Assembly: GCA_050253075.1 (NCBI GenBank)
Contig: JBFWJS010000002.1
Span: forward strand, 288,001-352,000
From: Deferribacterales bacterium
GTDB taxonomy: Bacteria; Chrysiogenota; Deferribacteres; Deferribacterales; Geovibrionaceae
Direction: 5' to 3'
Length of the DNA: 64,000 nucleotides
Shown here: one piece after another, positions 40,969-50,860 of the stretch
Numbering within the stretch: position 1 is the first letter of the stretch
How the letters are laid out: each line of letters begins with the position of its first letter
Program-made: the position numbers and the translations under genes
The notes under the pieces: generated by a model
Told to the model about the DNA's origin: nothing
Databases searched by the model: none
The model's input: only the letters and a program-made list of their open reading frames with translations

Positions 40969-41725
40969 TTACCGCCTCCCTAGCTGAAACAGGGAGGTAT
41001 ATTACCTCCATCATACGCTTACGTTCCGCTATCTCTGCGGCTTTGATGATCTCATTCTTATATTTTCCGTCGAGCTGAACCCACTTCATATCCTGAAGAG
41101 AGTAATAGCCGAAGTTTTTATTGTCAGGTGTCATGTAGTAGTAGCCGAGCCTGCCGAAGCGGTAAAGCCCCGCCGTGAGCTCTTCCCCGTTCACGTTTAT
41201 AGCCTCTGTGGTGACTTCTATCCCTTTCACATAGTCCGCCTCCACTTTCAGAGCTTCCAGTATCCTCCTCAGCTTTTCCCCTGCGGATATTCTGTAGTCC
41301 GCCAAAGAACCCCTGAGGAAGTCGAGCCTCTCGCTCCGCTCCCTCCGCAGGAAAGGCATGTCGGAGGCTATGAAGTCCTCCAGCCTTTTAAGAGTTTCGT
41401 CCAGATACGGTTCCAGCTCCTCGGCTATCCTTGTCAGCTCTTCCTTCTTTCTGTTCAGCTCGCTGATGTTTGAGTTAATTGTCACGATATACTTCTTATA
41501 CTGATAGATACGGTTCTCCAGCCACGTACGCTGAATGTACAGCTCTCTGAGCTTTTCTTCCTTTTCACTTTTTTCACCCTGCCAGCGTGCATTTCCGGAG
41601 CTTATCTCCGACTGTTTTTTCAACTGCTCAGAGTAGGACTCTCCGAGTTCATTGAGTGTTTCCGCCGTCACAGACGACGCCGCAAGGAACGCCAGCATCG
41701 TTAATAACAAAATCTTTGATCTCAT
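40961..41725 (-). CDS. DUF3450-like periplasmic protein of the TonB cluster
   Basis: Coiled coil, DMPFLRRER, EKLRRILEA, RFGRLG; position upstream of the long ExbB. Confidence 0.75.
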   Translation of the reverse strand: MRSKILLLTMLAFLAASSVTAETLNELGESYSEQLKKQSEISSGNARWQGEKSEKEEKLRELYIQRTWLENRIYQYKKYIVTINSNISELNRKKEELTRIAEELEPYLDETLKRLEDFIASDMPFLRRERSERLDFLRGSLADYRISAGEKLRRILEALKVEADYVKGIEVTTEAINVNGEELTAGLYRFGRLGYYYMTPDNKNFGYYSLQDMKWVQLDGKYKNEIIKAAEIAERKRMMEVIYLPVSAREAVND

Positions 41726-41761
41726 TTATCTTCACCTGTCTTAAATAATTGCCGTTTTAAA

Positions 41762-42670
41762 TTAGATTTCCTTTCCGGTTTTCCCCGAATTTATATCATC
41801 ACCCAATCTAATGGTGTTTAAGCCGTTTACAGGGCATATCTTGCAGAATTCATTAGGATTCTTTCTGTATTGTTCACGTACGGCACTGGGGGAAAACCCG
41901 AAACGCTTACGGAATATGCGGCTGAAATACAGCGGGTCGAAGTATCCCGTGCGTGATGCCACCTCCCCTATGGGGCTGTCTGTGGTGATCAGCAGTTCCT
42001 TCGCCCTGTTCAGCCTGTAAGCTGTCAGATAATCTCCCGGTCCCATCCCTGCGTGCTTGCTGAAAACATAGAAGAGCCTGTTCTCGTTCACTCCGTTCTG
42101 CTCTGCCAGCCCGCTGACCGTTATTTCGTTCATATAGTTTTCGTGGATGAATGCAGATACCGACTCAAAGAGTTCCTGTGCATCTTCGCTCTGAGGTCTG
42201 TTTACACACATGAACACTTCTTCAAGTATGCATCTGAAGAGCATCTCGCACCTAAAGGAAGAGAGAGCACCCGGCTGATCGGATGCCTTCCATATCTTCC
42301 ATAACAGCTCGGTCAGTTTTCTGCTTTGCCCTGTTTTCAGCTCAAAGTGAAGGTTTGCTGGGTTTATCTCAGAATCTGATGATAAAAACTCATAGGGCAC
42401 GAATATCAGTTCCCACTTTCCGCTGCCTAGCACACGTTTATCCAGAGACATGTCGCCCCCGCCGTGTATAACATTCCCCGGATATGCTATGTACGGCGTG
42501 CCGTTAAAGCAGAACTCCGCCCGACCGCTGAGGGGGAATATAAACCCGGGGAAAGGCGATGTCCTCTGCCATCCCTTAGTCCCAGGCTCCACTACGAAAT
42601 GATGCACGCCCTTAAGCCTGAAGTGGTTTTCGGTGAAGCATCTTACGAGTTGATTCAGTTCGATATCCAT
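41762..42670 (-). CDS. AraC-family transcriptional regulator
   Basis: RLNRAKELL...GYFDPLYFSRIFRKRFGFSP; alternative start at 42685. Confidence 0.9.
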   Translation of the reverse strand: MDIELNQLVRCFTENHFRLKGVHHFVVEPGTKGWQRTSPFPGFIFPLSGRAEFCFNGTPYIAYPGNVIHGGGDMSLDKRVLGSGKWELIFVPYEFLSSDSEINPANLHFELKTGQSRKLTELLWKIWKASDQPGALSSFRCEMLFRCILEEVFMCVNRPQSEDAQELFESVSAFIHENYMNEITVSGLAEQNGVNENRLFYVFSKHAGMGPGDYLTAYRLNRAKELLITTDSPIGEVASRTGYFDPLYFSRIFRKRFGFSPSAVREQYRKNPNEFCKICPVNGLNTIRLGDDINSGKTGKEI

Positions 42671-42681
42671 GTCGTTACCTT

Positions 42682-43605
42682 TCACTTATTTTCAACAGAT
42701 GCCCTAAGCGCAGCCTTCAATGCAGCAGGGAAGAGCGGGCCGTGAGACAGATAGCCGAGCTCTCTGTACTCGCAAAAGACTCCCGGGGTAAGGAAAAGCC
42801 TTTCCGCCGCCCTTCTCAGCGCATCTTTGGGAGAGTGTGCGTATAGCATCTTTCTCTTTCGTATCTTTTCGCTGTCCCCCTCTGACGGCAGGTAAGCATT
42901 CGCCAGTGCGCCTTTCATAAGCAGGATATGGCGACCGGCTAGGTCTGCTTCGGGGATGGTCTGCATAAAGCTCCAGAAATAATCCCCACGCTGCCACCAG
43001 AAGGAAGGATCAGCAGAAATGTAGCTCCTGAAAAGTTCAGGATGCTCCTTTATTACCGTCAGAACAAAAAGCCCCCCGTATGAATGTCCAAAGAGTGTCC
43101 TTCGCTCTATGTTCAAGGGGGCTCTCTTTTCCGACAGGGAGAAAACCTTATCTTTTATAAAATCTAAAAAAACAGATGCACCACCGCCCATACGTGAGGT
43201 GTCCAGCTCGTCCACGGCGTCTCTGCCGTCGCTTCTGGCGGGTGTATAGTCATATGTACGTGCGGGCATATGGAACAGCTTGTCTGTTTCATAGCCTATG
43301 GCGACGATGACGGGCGGTTCGCCCATGCTGAGCTCCCTGAGCTGTTCTTCGGTGATCATCTCAAGGACTGCATTGCCGTCTGTGGCATATATGGACGGAT
43401 ATCCGCCCTCTTTCGGCTGTTTCTTCGGCACTGCGGTGACTATCCTGTATGATCTTTCACCGTCTGCCGAGACAGCCTTGTCGTAGTAAAACGTATAAAA
43501 CTCCGAATCTCTGCTCTCTGTATAAACAGCAGTCACCGGAGCGGGTTGTGCAAATGCCTTCAGGCACAGCAGGGTCATAAAAACTGTCAGAAAAACTTTA
43601 TTCAT
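42682..43605 (-). CDS. Periplasmic siderophore esterase (IroE/BesA-like alpha/beta hydrolase)
   Basis: Signal peptide, DGNA, RTYDYTP, GHSYGG nucleophile, SPS-like DPSFWW. Confidence 0.8.
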   Translation of the reverse strand: MNKVFLTVFMTLLCLKAFAQPAPVTAVYTESRDSEFYTFYYDKAVSADGERSYRIVTAVPKKQPKEGGYPSIYATDGNAVLEMITEEQLRELSMGEPPVIVAIGYETDKLFHMPARTYDYTPARSDGRDAVDELDTSRMGGGASVFLDFIKDKVFSLSEKRAPLNIERRTLFGHSYGGLFVLTVIKEHPELFRSYISADPSFWWQRGDYFWSFMQTIPEADLAGRHILLMKGALANAYLPSEGDSEKIRKRKMLYAHSPKDALRRAAERLFLTPGVFCEYRELGYLSHGPLFPAALKAALRASVENK

Positions 43606-43628
43606 CTATACACCGCTATTAAAATGAG

Positions 43629-43652
43629 GCCGCCCCAATGCAGCGGGGCGGC
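43629..43652. terminator. GC-rich intercistronic hairpin after the TonB-dependent receptor gene
   Basis: GCCGCCCC-AATGCAGC-GGGGCGGC. Confidence 0.5.
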
Positions 43653-43664
43653 GACATTCGAGTA

Positions 43665-45716
43665 TCAGAATCTCAGTGTCATATCTGCTGTGACTCTGAG
43701 TCCTTCATCAAGCATCCAGTTTCCGTCGAGTCCGTCGTAACGTCCTCTGTCGTCCACTGCTACTTTTTTATCCGCAAGGTTAAGTACTGCCACCTTGAAT
43801 GTTATGTGGTCGTTAAGGTCGTATTTACCGCCTATGTCGAATGTGGCTGTGCCTTCACGCTCTCTTGTGTTCATAGCGCCGTTTCTGAAGCCTGCGTAGT
43901 ACTGCTTGCTTACCAGATTAGCCCTTGTGAAGAGGTAAAGGGAGCTTGTCGGCTGCCAGTCTATCTGAGCGTTGAACATATGCTCCGGTGTCATATCCAG
44001 AGGCTTACCGTCGAGGGAGCTGCCGTCAAATGCCGGCTCTCCGCCTTCACGCTCGGAGTCTGTGTATGTGTAGTTTGCTTTGAAAGAAACTGTCTCTGTC
44101 ACAGGTGTTGAAAATGATGCTTCCACACCTCTGATGTTTACTTTATCGATGTTTTCATACTCATAGAGCACATTGCCGTTTCCGTCTGTATCGCCGTTGC
44201 TGAAGCTGGATACCTTATCCTTCAGGTCGTTGTTATAAACTGTGAATCCGAAGTGGACACCGCCCGGCACGTCGTATCTGATGCCGATCTCTTCGGTGAT
44301 GCTCTTTTCAGGGTCGAGGTCTTCATTACCGCAAAGAACGCCTCTCTGCTGTGCACCGCCGCCTGTTGTCATGCAATATCCTTCTGTTGTCTGGCGTATT
44401 GTCGGAGCTTTATAGCCCATTGCGACACCGCCTCTCAGCGTCCATCTGTCTGTCAGCTTGTAGACTGTGTATAAACGCGGTGTCCAGTTGTCGCCGTATC
44501 TCTCGTCGTCGTCCATACGGAGCCCTGCTGTCACTGCGAGTCTGTCTGTGATAAAGTATTCATCCTCCAGATACAGCGCATATGCCTCTATCTGTACTTC
44601 GTCGCTGTTTGCAGGGTATCCTGTCACTGCGGCTTCATCGGAGATATCTTCCAGCTTAGAGTCCTGATACTGACCGCCGAAACGGAGTATGTTTGTGCTG
44701 AACTGATATGTGATACCTGCATCCACCACAGTGTTTCTCAGGTCAGGTGATGCGGATGACTCCACGCCGTCTGTGTATGATCTCTTCTCTGCGTATTCCT
44801 GACTGAGGCTGAAGCTGGTGCCCAGCTTGCCATAGCGTCCGTCATGGGAGAGCGACCAGTGCTTTCTGTCGTGCTCGGTGCGTGTATCGTCGGCAGTATC
44901 TGCGAGAGTCTTACCGCCTGTCTGGTCGTATACGAGCTCTTCACGTCCTGCTTCAAAGATTATGTCGTTATTCTTATCAGGGGTGAAAGTGAACTTACCT
45001 GCGAAGTTGTTCTCCTCCTGACCGTATTTACCGTATGTATTCGCATTGGAATAGTAGATGTCGTCTTCGGCCTGATCAGATATATCGCCGTAAAGCTGTA
45101 CGCCGAGCTTATCTTTCACCAGCGGACCGCCGACCCATATCTGGCTGCCGTAGCTGTTGCCGTAGTCGCTGTCTTTATGCTGAACAGTGCCGAAGTTGAT
45201 AGACCCGTGCCATTCGCTGGGCACTTTCTTTGTGATGATGTTCACCACACCGCCCATAGCATCAGAACCGTATACGGAAGACATCGGTCCTCTGATGACC
45301 TCTATCCTCTCTATCGCTTCAAGGGGCGGTATCATGTTCGACTGAACGCCTGTTGTGCCTCTGTTCATTGTCTCCCTGGTGTTCTGGCGTATGCCGTCCA
45401 CCATTATTAGTGTATAGCTACCGGGCAAACCTCTGATAACGATGTCTGTCTCGCTGGGGCTTGTCCCGTTGATGCTGACACCCTCTACTGTTTTAAGCAG
45501 TTCTCTGATATTATTTGCAGGGAGCTTTTCGATGTCTTCCCTGGTTATAATGCTAATACTGGCAGGAGCGTCTGCTATCTTCTGTTCGTATCCTGTTGCC
45601 GTCACGACGACAGCATCGAGTCCGTGCTCCTCTTCTGCCATTGCGGGCACTGTGTAGAGTGCCATTACAAGGGCGAGAGCCATCCCCCCGAGTTTAAACA
45701 AAGCTTTTATTTTCAT
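43665..45716 (-). CDS. TonB-dependent receptor (CirA/IrgA/CfrA-like, catecholate type)
   Basis: TonB box DAVVVTATG, APASIS, IERIEVIRGPMSSVYGSDAMGGVVNIITK, C-terminal Phe. Confidence 0.9.
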   Translation of the reverse strand: MKIKALFKLGGMALALVMALYTVPAMAEEEHGLDAVVVTATGYEQKIADAPASISIITREDIEKLPANNIRELLKTVEGVSINGTSPSETDIVIRGLPGSYTLIMVDGIRQNTRETMNRGTTGVQSNMIPPLEAIERIEVIRGPMSSVYGSDAMGGVVNIITKKVPSEWHGSINFGTVQHKDSDYGNSYGSQIWVGGPLVKDKLGVQLYGDISDQAEDDIYYSNANTYGKYGQEENNFAGKFTFTPDKNNDIIFEAGREELVYDQTGGKTLADTADDTRTEHDRKHWSLSHDGRYGKLGTSFSLSQEYAEKRSYTDGVESSASPDLRNTVVDAGITYQFSTNILRFGGQYQDSKLEDISDEAAVTGYPANSDEVQIEAYALYLEDEYFITDRLAVTAGLRMDDDERYGDNWTPRLYTVYKLTDRWTLRGGVAMGYKAPTIRQTTEGYCMTTGGGAQQRGVLCGNEDLDPEKSITEEIGIRYDVPGGVHFGFTVYNNDLKDKVSSFSNGDTDGNGNVLYEYENIDKVNIRGVEASFSTPVTETVSFKANYTYTDSEREGGEPAFDGSSLDGKPLDMTPEHMFNAQIDWQPTSSLYLFTRANLVSKQYYAGFRNGAMNTREREGTATFDIGGKYDLNDHITFKVAVLNLADKKVAVDDRGRYDGLDGNWMLDEGLRVTADMTLRF

Positions 45717-45778
45717 CTTTCCTCCTAAATATGTAACAAAGCCTTTTGAATCAGTACCTTCAAATCAAACCGTATAAT

Positions 45779-45797
45779 GGTATTGAAAATCAGTATC
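45779..45797. promoter_or_regulatory. Fur box upstream of the receptor gene
   Basis: GGTATTGAAAATCAGTATC, 15/19 match to consensus. Confidence 0.7.
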
Positions 45798-45987
45798 AAC
45801 ACAGAGACATTAGCAGACCTTTTTCAGGAAGGGAATGGAACCATCCTGAATTACATATGGATTTTTCCTGAACCGCCTAAAGCCGTTCTAATATTGTGTT
45901 ACGAGTGTTCATACAGGGCAAAGGACTGTGCCCCAATCTTCCGCAAAGCAGAATAAATGTGTCTGGTCAGTCGGTTAAGAGAGTCTC

Positions 45988-46893
45988 TTATCCATTTACT
46001 GCGGTATCTATATCCTGAATCATCAGCAGCAGCGACTTCACCCCGCCGTTTGCCAGATACCAGTAGTCAGCGGGAAGGTATACTATCCTGCCGTTCTTAT
46101 ATGCGTTTGTTGTTCTTATCAGTACATTTTCGATTTCGCTTCTGTCTGCGTCCTTACCTGTCACCACAGAGTTTCTGTCTATGATGAATAGATAGTCGGG
46201 GTTCAGCTTTGCGATGTATTCGCTGTTTACGCTCCAGCCGTGTGTTGAGACCTGAATGTTCTCATCCGCCGGCTTCACTTCAAATTCGTCGTGGATAATG
46301 CCGAATCTGGAGCCCTTTCCGTATACACTGAATTTACCGTTGTTATACAGTGTGATCAGCCCTCTGCCTGACTGACTGCCGACAGTGTCTTTCAGCCTTT
46401 CAAGTGCATTGTCGAACTCTTTTATGAGTCCTGAAGCCTCCGCCTCTTTCCCCCAGATGTGCCCGAGCAGCGCGGTATTCGCTCTGAAAGAGTCTATGTA
46501 TCTGCTGCTGTCGATGTTTATGTTCACCGTCGGGGCTATCTTCGACAGCTTTTCATGCAGTCTCGCCTGTCTGTTGCTGATTATTATCAGGTCGGGAGAG
46601 AGCTTATATACCTTTTCGATATCGAACTCCATTACTCCGCCGACATCAGTGTATTTTTCGCTTCTGAACCTTTCGAGGTAGTTAGGCAGGTGTCCTTTCG
46701 GCACTGCTATCACCACATTTTCCAGACCGAGCTCTTCCATAGTGTCGAGGGAGCTGTAGTCCATCACCACTACCTTCGAAGGATATTCGGGGAATTTTTC
46801 CACCACCTTCCCTTTGGACATAAGCTGATAATCAGCCGCAAAAACGCCCTGCGCCATTATCAGCAGAGCAAAAACTGTTAAAAGTCTTCTCAT
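45988..46893 (-). CDS. Siderophore ABC transporter substrate-binding protein (CeuE/FatB/YclQ-like)
   Basis: PDLIIISNRQ, GSRFGIIHD, VSTHG, DYWY. Confidence 0.85.
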   Translation of the reverse strand: MRRLLTVFALLIMAQGVFAADYQLMSKGKVVEKFPEYPSKVVVMDYSSLDTMEELGLENVVIAVPKGHLPNYLERFRSEKYTDVGGVMEFDIEKVYKLSPDLIIISNRQARLHEKLSKIAPTVNINIDSSRYIDSFRANTALLGHIWGKEAEASGLIKEFDNALERLKDTVGSQSGRGLITLYNNGKFSVYGKGSRFGIIHDEFEVKPADENIQVSTHGWSVNSEYIAKLNPDYLFIIDRNSVVTGKDADRSEIENVLIRTTNAYKNGRIVYLPADYWYLANGGVKSLLLMIQDIDTAVNG

Positions 46894-46907
46894 CAAATAA
46901 ACCTCAC

Positions 46908-47663
46908 TTATGTATAATACAGGCATATCTTACTGCCGTTCATCTCATGCACGTTGAATCCCATGTCGAATATCCCCTGCAGGGTATCGTCCCTGATTAT
47001 CTCGTCCACACTGCCGAACTTAACCAGCTTTCCGTCCTTCATCGCTGCGATATAGTCGGAATAGCAAGAGGCAAAGTTTATGTCGTGTATCACCAGCAGA
47101 ATGGTCTTTCCGCTGTCGGCGAGCCTGCGCAGTGTCTTCATTATCTGCACCGAGTGCTTCATATCCAGATTGTTCAGCGGCTCGTCCAGCATGATGCAGT
47201 CTGTATCCTGCGCTATTATCATCGCTATGAAAGCTCTCTGCTTCTGTCCTCCGCTGAGTGTGCTGATATCCTTCCCCTCTGATTCACGCAGATCCATATA
47301 GTCTATGGCTCTTTCCACCATCTCTCTGTCTTCACGTGTCAGGCGTCCTCCGCTGTATGGGAACCTGCCGAACTCCACCAGCTCCCTCACGGTCAGCCTG
47401 ATGTTTATGTGTGTGGACTGCTTCAGTATCGATATCTGTTTAGCAAGAGAATTGTCGTTTATGGAGTCTATGGGTGTATTGTGAAGGTAGACCTGCCCCT
47501 CTGTCTGCTTTAAAAGCCTGCTCATCACAGCCAGCAGAGTACTTTTCCCTGCGCCGTTTGAGCCGATGAAGGATGTTATCTTCCCCTTCGGTATCTCAAG
47601 GCTGATGGACTCCACGACAGCCTTGTCGTCGTAATATTTTGATATATTTTCTGTTTTCAGCAT
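46908..47663 (-). CDS. Siderophore ABC transporter ATP-binding protein (CeuD-like)
   Basis: GSNGAGKST, LSGGQKQR, DEPLNNLDMKH. Confidence 0.9.
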   Translation of the reverse strand: MLKTENISKYYDDKAVVESISLEIPKGKITSFIGSNGAGKSTLLAVMSRLLKQTEGQVYLHNTPIDSINDNSLAKQISILKQSTHINIRLTVRELVEFGRFPYSGGRLTREDREMVERAIDYMDLRESEGKDISTLSGGQKQRAFIAMIIAQDTDCIMLDEPLNNLDMKHSVQIMKTLRRLADSGKTILLVIHDINFASCYSDYIAAMKDGKLVKFGSVDEIIRDDTLQGIFDMGFNVHEMNGSKICLYYT

Positions 47664-48604
47664 TTTTCACTCTCCCTGTTTAAGAGATACATAAAGTAGA
47701 CCCCGCCGACGAAGTTTATCACGATGGAGACTGTCACGTTGAAATAGAATACCCGCTCAATGATGAACTGCCCGCCCACGATGGCGATGACGGATATGCC
47801 CGATGCACAGGCTATGACATAGCCGTGCTTGTATGTCTTCATCGTTTCGTATGCGAGGTTGCTGACTATTATGCCGAGGAATGTCATCTGACCGACCAGA
47901 GCCGTAGGCACAGCCACAAGGAGCGTTATCAGTATCAGGCACAGCTTCACTATGCCGTCGTAGTTTATGCCCAGATTTATAGCGTTGTCCCTGCCGAGGA
48001 GCATCACGTCCAGCTTACGGAAAAGACGGGTGCTGAATAGAGCGATGACAGAGACTATCACGGCGGATATCCATGTCAGGTCCACACGGATGTTGTTAAA
48101 GCTGGCGAACATGGCGTCCTGTACTATCTGGAATTCGTTCGGGTCTATCAGCATCTGCATGAAGACCGTCAGACTGCGGAACAGAGTCCACATCACGACC
48201 CCCACCAGCATAAGGAAGAAGATGTTCCCGTGGCGGACAAATATCAGCCTGTAGAGTATGAATGTGAACAGCATAAGGCTGAGTGACGAAACACCGAAGT
48301 TGAACACCTCGTTCACCACCATCAGACCGCCGCTGCCGAAGACATACAGAGCCGTTGTCTGCAGAAACAGATACACCGAATCGAACCCCATGACAGACGG
48401 TGTCAGTATGCGGTTAAAGGATATGGTCTGGAATATCACTGATGAATATGCAACGGATATCCCCGTTATGACCATAGCGGCGACCTTTACACCCCTTTCC
48501 GGCAGGATGAAGGACAGGTCGCTCCCTGCATCATAAAACATGAACAGCAGTATGCTGAACACGGACAGGAGGCCTATTATAATGAGTTTCACATTATCCC
48601 GCAT
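47657..48604 (-). CDS. Siderophore ABC transporter permease (CeuC/FatC-like)
   Basis: FQTISFNRILTPSVMG, FecCD-type TM pattern. Confidence 0.88.
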   Translation of the reverse strand: MRDNVKLIIIGLLSVFSILLFMFYDAGSDLSFILPERGVKVAAMVITGISVAYSSVIFQTISFNRILTPSVMGFDSVYLFLQTTALYVFGSGGLMVVNEVFNFGVSSLSLMLFTFILYRLIFVRHGNIFFLMLVGVVMWTLFRSLTVFMQMLIDPNEFQIVQDAMFASFNNIRVDLTWISAVIVSVIALFSTRLFRKLDVMLLGRDNAINLGINYDGIVKLCLILITLLVAVPTALVGQMTFLGIIVSNLAYETMKTYKHGYVIACASGISVIAIVGGQFIIERVFYFNVTVSIVINFVGGVYFMYLLNRESEKC

Positions 48605-49547
48605 TGAACCGCCTCCCGAGGATAAGATACAGGAAGACAGCCCCGCCTATTATCCCCACCATCACACTGACCGAGACCTCGAACGGAGCAATGACCGTCC
48701 GCCCGAGTATATCGCATATCAAAAGGAAGACCGCTCCGGACAAAGCTGTCAGAGGCAGTGTCTTTCTCAGATTGTCACCTGCTAATATGCTGACCACGTT
48801 CGGCACTATCAGCCCCACAAAGGGTATCATGCCCACTGTCAGCACTATCACCGCCGTAACACAAGAAACTATCACCAGCCCCATGCGGAACATGGACGAA
48901 TAGTTCAGCCCCAGATTAACGGCGAAGCTCTTACCCATCCCCATAAGGGTGAATCTGTCCGCATAAAGATATGCAAGTATCAGCAGAGGTATGCTTATAT
49001 ACATCAGCTCATACCTGCCCTGCATAACGGATGAAAAATCACCGTGGAGCCACGAAGACATGCTGTGCACCACATTGAACTGCAGTCCGATGAATGTCGT
49101 CACAGAGTCGAGAATATTTCCGAAAATGATGCCCAGCAGGGGCACAAAGACCAGATTCTTAAACTTTATCCTCTCGGCCAGTGTCATGAACACCGCAGAT
49201 GCGGCGAGTGTTACCCCGAGAGATATTATCAGCCTCTGATATGTCCCTCCCGACGGGAACATCAGCATGGAGAGCATTATGCCGAGTACGGCTGCATCCA
49301 TTGTGCCTGCCGTGGTCGGTGAAACGAATCTGTTGTGCGTCATCTGCTGCATTATGACACCGCAGATGCTCATGGATGCACCCGCTATGATAACCGCAGC
49401 GAGGCGTGGTATCCTGCTCGCAGCCATCACAAGGGACTGCCTGTCACTCAGGGAAAAGATATCTATGACAGATATATCCGTGAATCCCAGAAAGAGTGAA
49501 TAAAACCCGAGCACCAAAAGTAAAACCGATAAAATAATAATTTTCAT
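48594..49547 (-). CDS. Siderophore ABC transporter permease (CeuB/FatD-like)
   Basis: SRIPR, QQMTHNRFVSPTTAGT. Confidence 0.88.
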   Translation of the reverse strand: MKIIILSVLLLVLGFYSLFLGFTDISVIDIFSLSDRQSLVMAASRIPRLAAVIIAGASMSICGVIMQQMTHNRFVSPTTAGTMDAAVLGIMLSMLMFPSGGTYQRLIISLGVTLAASAVFMTLAERIKFKNLVFVPLLGIIFGNILDSVTTFIGLQFNVVHSMSSWLHGDFSSVMQGRYELMYISIPLLILAYLYADRFTLMGMGKSFAVNLGLNYSSMFRMGLVIVSCVTAVIVLTVGMIPFVGLIVPNVVSILAGDNLRKTLPLTALSGAVFLLICDILGRTVIAPFEVSVSVMVGIIGGAVFLYLILGRRFNAG

Positions 49548-49562
49548 AATAATAATCCGCTA

Positions 49563-49581
49563 GATATTGAGAATCAATATC
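49563..49581. promoter_or_regulatory. Fur box upstream of the ABC operon
   Basis: GATATTGAGAATCAATATC, 16/19 match to consensus. Confidence 0.78.
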
Positions 49582-49853
49582 GACAGATATTGTATTTATA
49601 ATTTATTTTTGTCAAGCACTCTTTGAAACTTAAATGAAAATTCATATTTGCAGAAATGAGCGAAGATAAGGCTTTTGAAAAGGTATGGTTAAGATAGATC
49701 CTCACGGGTGAACCCTCAGGGCTGTGGCACTAGCCGAAGGCTGTACGAGTCCATGACAGTACTTTAACCCTAAGATTGCCGCGTCAAACCTACGGCTTTC
49801 CTCGCAATGACTTTTCTGTGATTTGCTTATGCAGCTGAGGGTATAGATAAGAT

Positions 49854-49883
49854 AAAAACGGGTGCCGCACACTACAGCACCCG
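49854..49883 (-). terminator. Intrinsic terminator of the molybdoenzyme operon
   Basis: CGGGTGC/GCACCCG stem followed by TTTTT on the minus strand. Confidence 0.7.
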
Positions 49884-49938
49884 CTACCTTACCAACATAG
49901 GGTCTAAACCCTCGGAGGAAATATTCGGAGGTTTTATG

Positions 49939-50841
49939 TTAGAATGATTTCACTATTGTAAACCACACAGCATCGCCTGCTGCGCAGTCTTTTGCACCGA
50001 ATTCTTTCTGGTATTTCAGCCTGAGCTGACCTTTCATCGCTGGGATGTTCATCTGCACTTCAGGACCTGCTCCGAAGAGTCTGTCTTTATCCGTGCTTGT
50101 GGCATCTGAGCCTTTATCCTCTGTGAGCTGCCAGTGAGCGAAACCTGATACGCCGAGCTCAAAAAGTCCGACCTGTCTGCCGATACCCCAGTCAAAGCTG
50201 AAGTCATCACCGGATCTCACGTCTGTTGATCTGTTTTTAAAATGCTTCTCGTATCTGGTGAGTACAGAAATGCTCCAGAGCTTCGCAGCATCGGGATAAA
50301 CTGTCGCACCGAGTGAATACATAAGTGTATAGCGGTCTGAGCCTATTGATGCGGCATCGTCTTTCTCATAATAGCCGGTAGGGAGAAATGCGGCGATGGC
50401 TGTCGATGCGTCCCATCTTTCTCCATGCCAGCTGATGAGAAGCGGCTCGAATGTGATATCGCCGATGTCTGTGCTGTCGTCATCGATGCCTGCAGCGTCT
50501 ATCTCCACATTAAGATTCACGACAGGAACGATAACATTCATCCCATAGTCACCGCCGAGTATCTTTTTGTTTGTAATGTATACGAAACGGTTAGCCATGA
50601 TAAAAGCGGAGAGGTCGAAACCGTTGTTTATCTCATCGCCGTCTTTGTCGTATGTTTTGTCTGCTTCATAGTATTTTGTATAGAGCACATAATAGAAGCC
50701 CGGAGGCGGAACAGTTGCACCCTTTATGCCTTCTGTACCTACGGGGTAATCCTGTGCTTTAACCTGTCCTGCTGTCACCATTACGAAAAGTGCAATGAGA
50801 GCCATTGAAATATTTTTTATTGTTTTTGCATTAATTCTCAT
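49939..50841 (-). CDS. Outer-membrane beta-barrel channel (SphA/COG4313, phenol MetA-pathway family)
   Basis: Signal peptide, GTEGIKGATVPPPGFY, GDITFEP, PTGYY, C-terminal Phe. Confidence 0.8.
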   Translation of the reverse strand: MRINAKTIKNISMALIALFVMVTAGQVKAQDYPVGTEGIKGATVPPPGFYYVLYTKYYEADKTYDKDGDEINNGFDLSAFIMANRFVYITNKKILGGDYGMNVIVPVVNLNVEIDAAGIDDDSTDIGDITFEPLLISWHGERWDASTAIAAFLPTGYYEKDDAASIGSDRYTLMYSLGATVYPDAAKLWSISVLTRYEKHFKNRSTDVRSGDDFSFDWGIGRQVGLFELGVSGFAHWQLTEDKGSDATSTDKDRLFGAGPEVQMNIPAMKGQLRLKYQKEFGAKDCAAGDAVWFTIVKSF

Positions 50842-50860
50842 ACTTGTCTCCTGTGATTCA

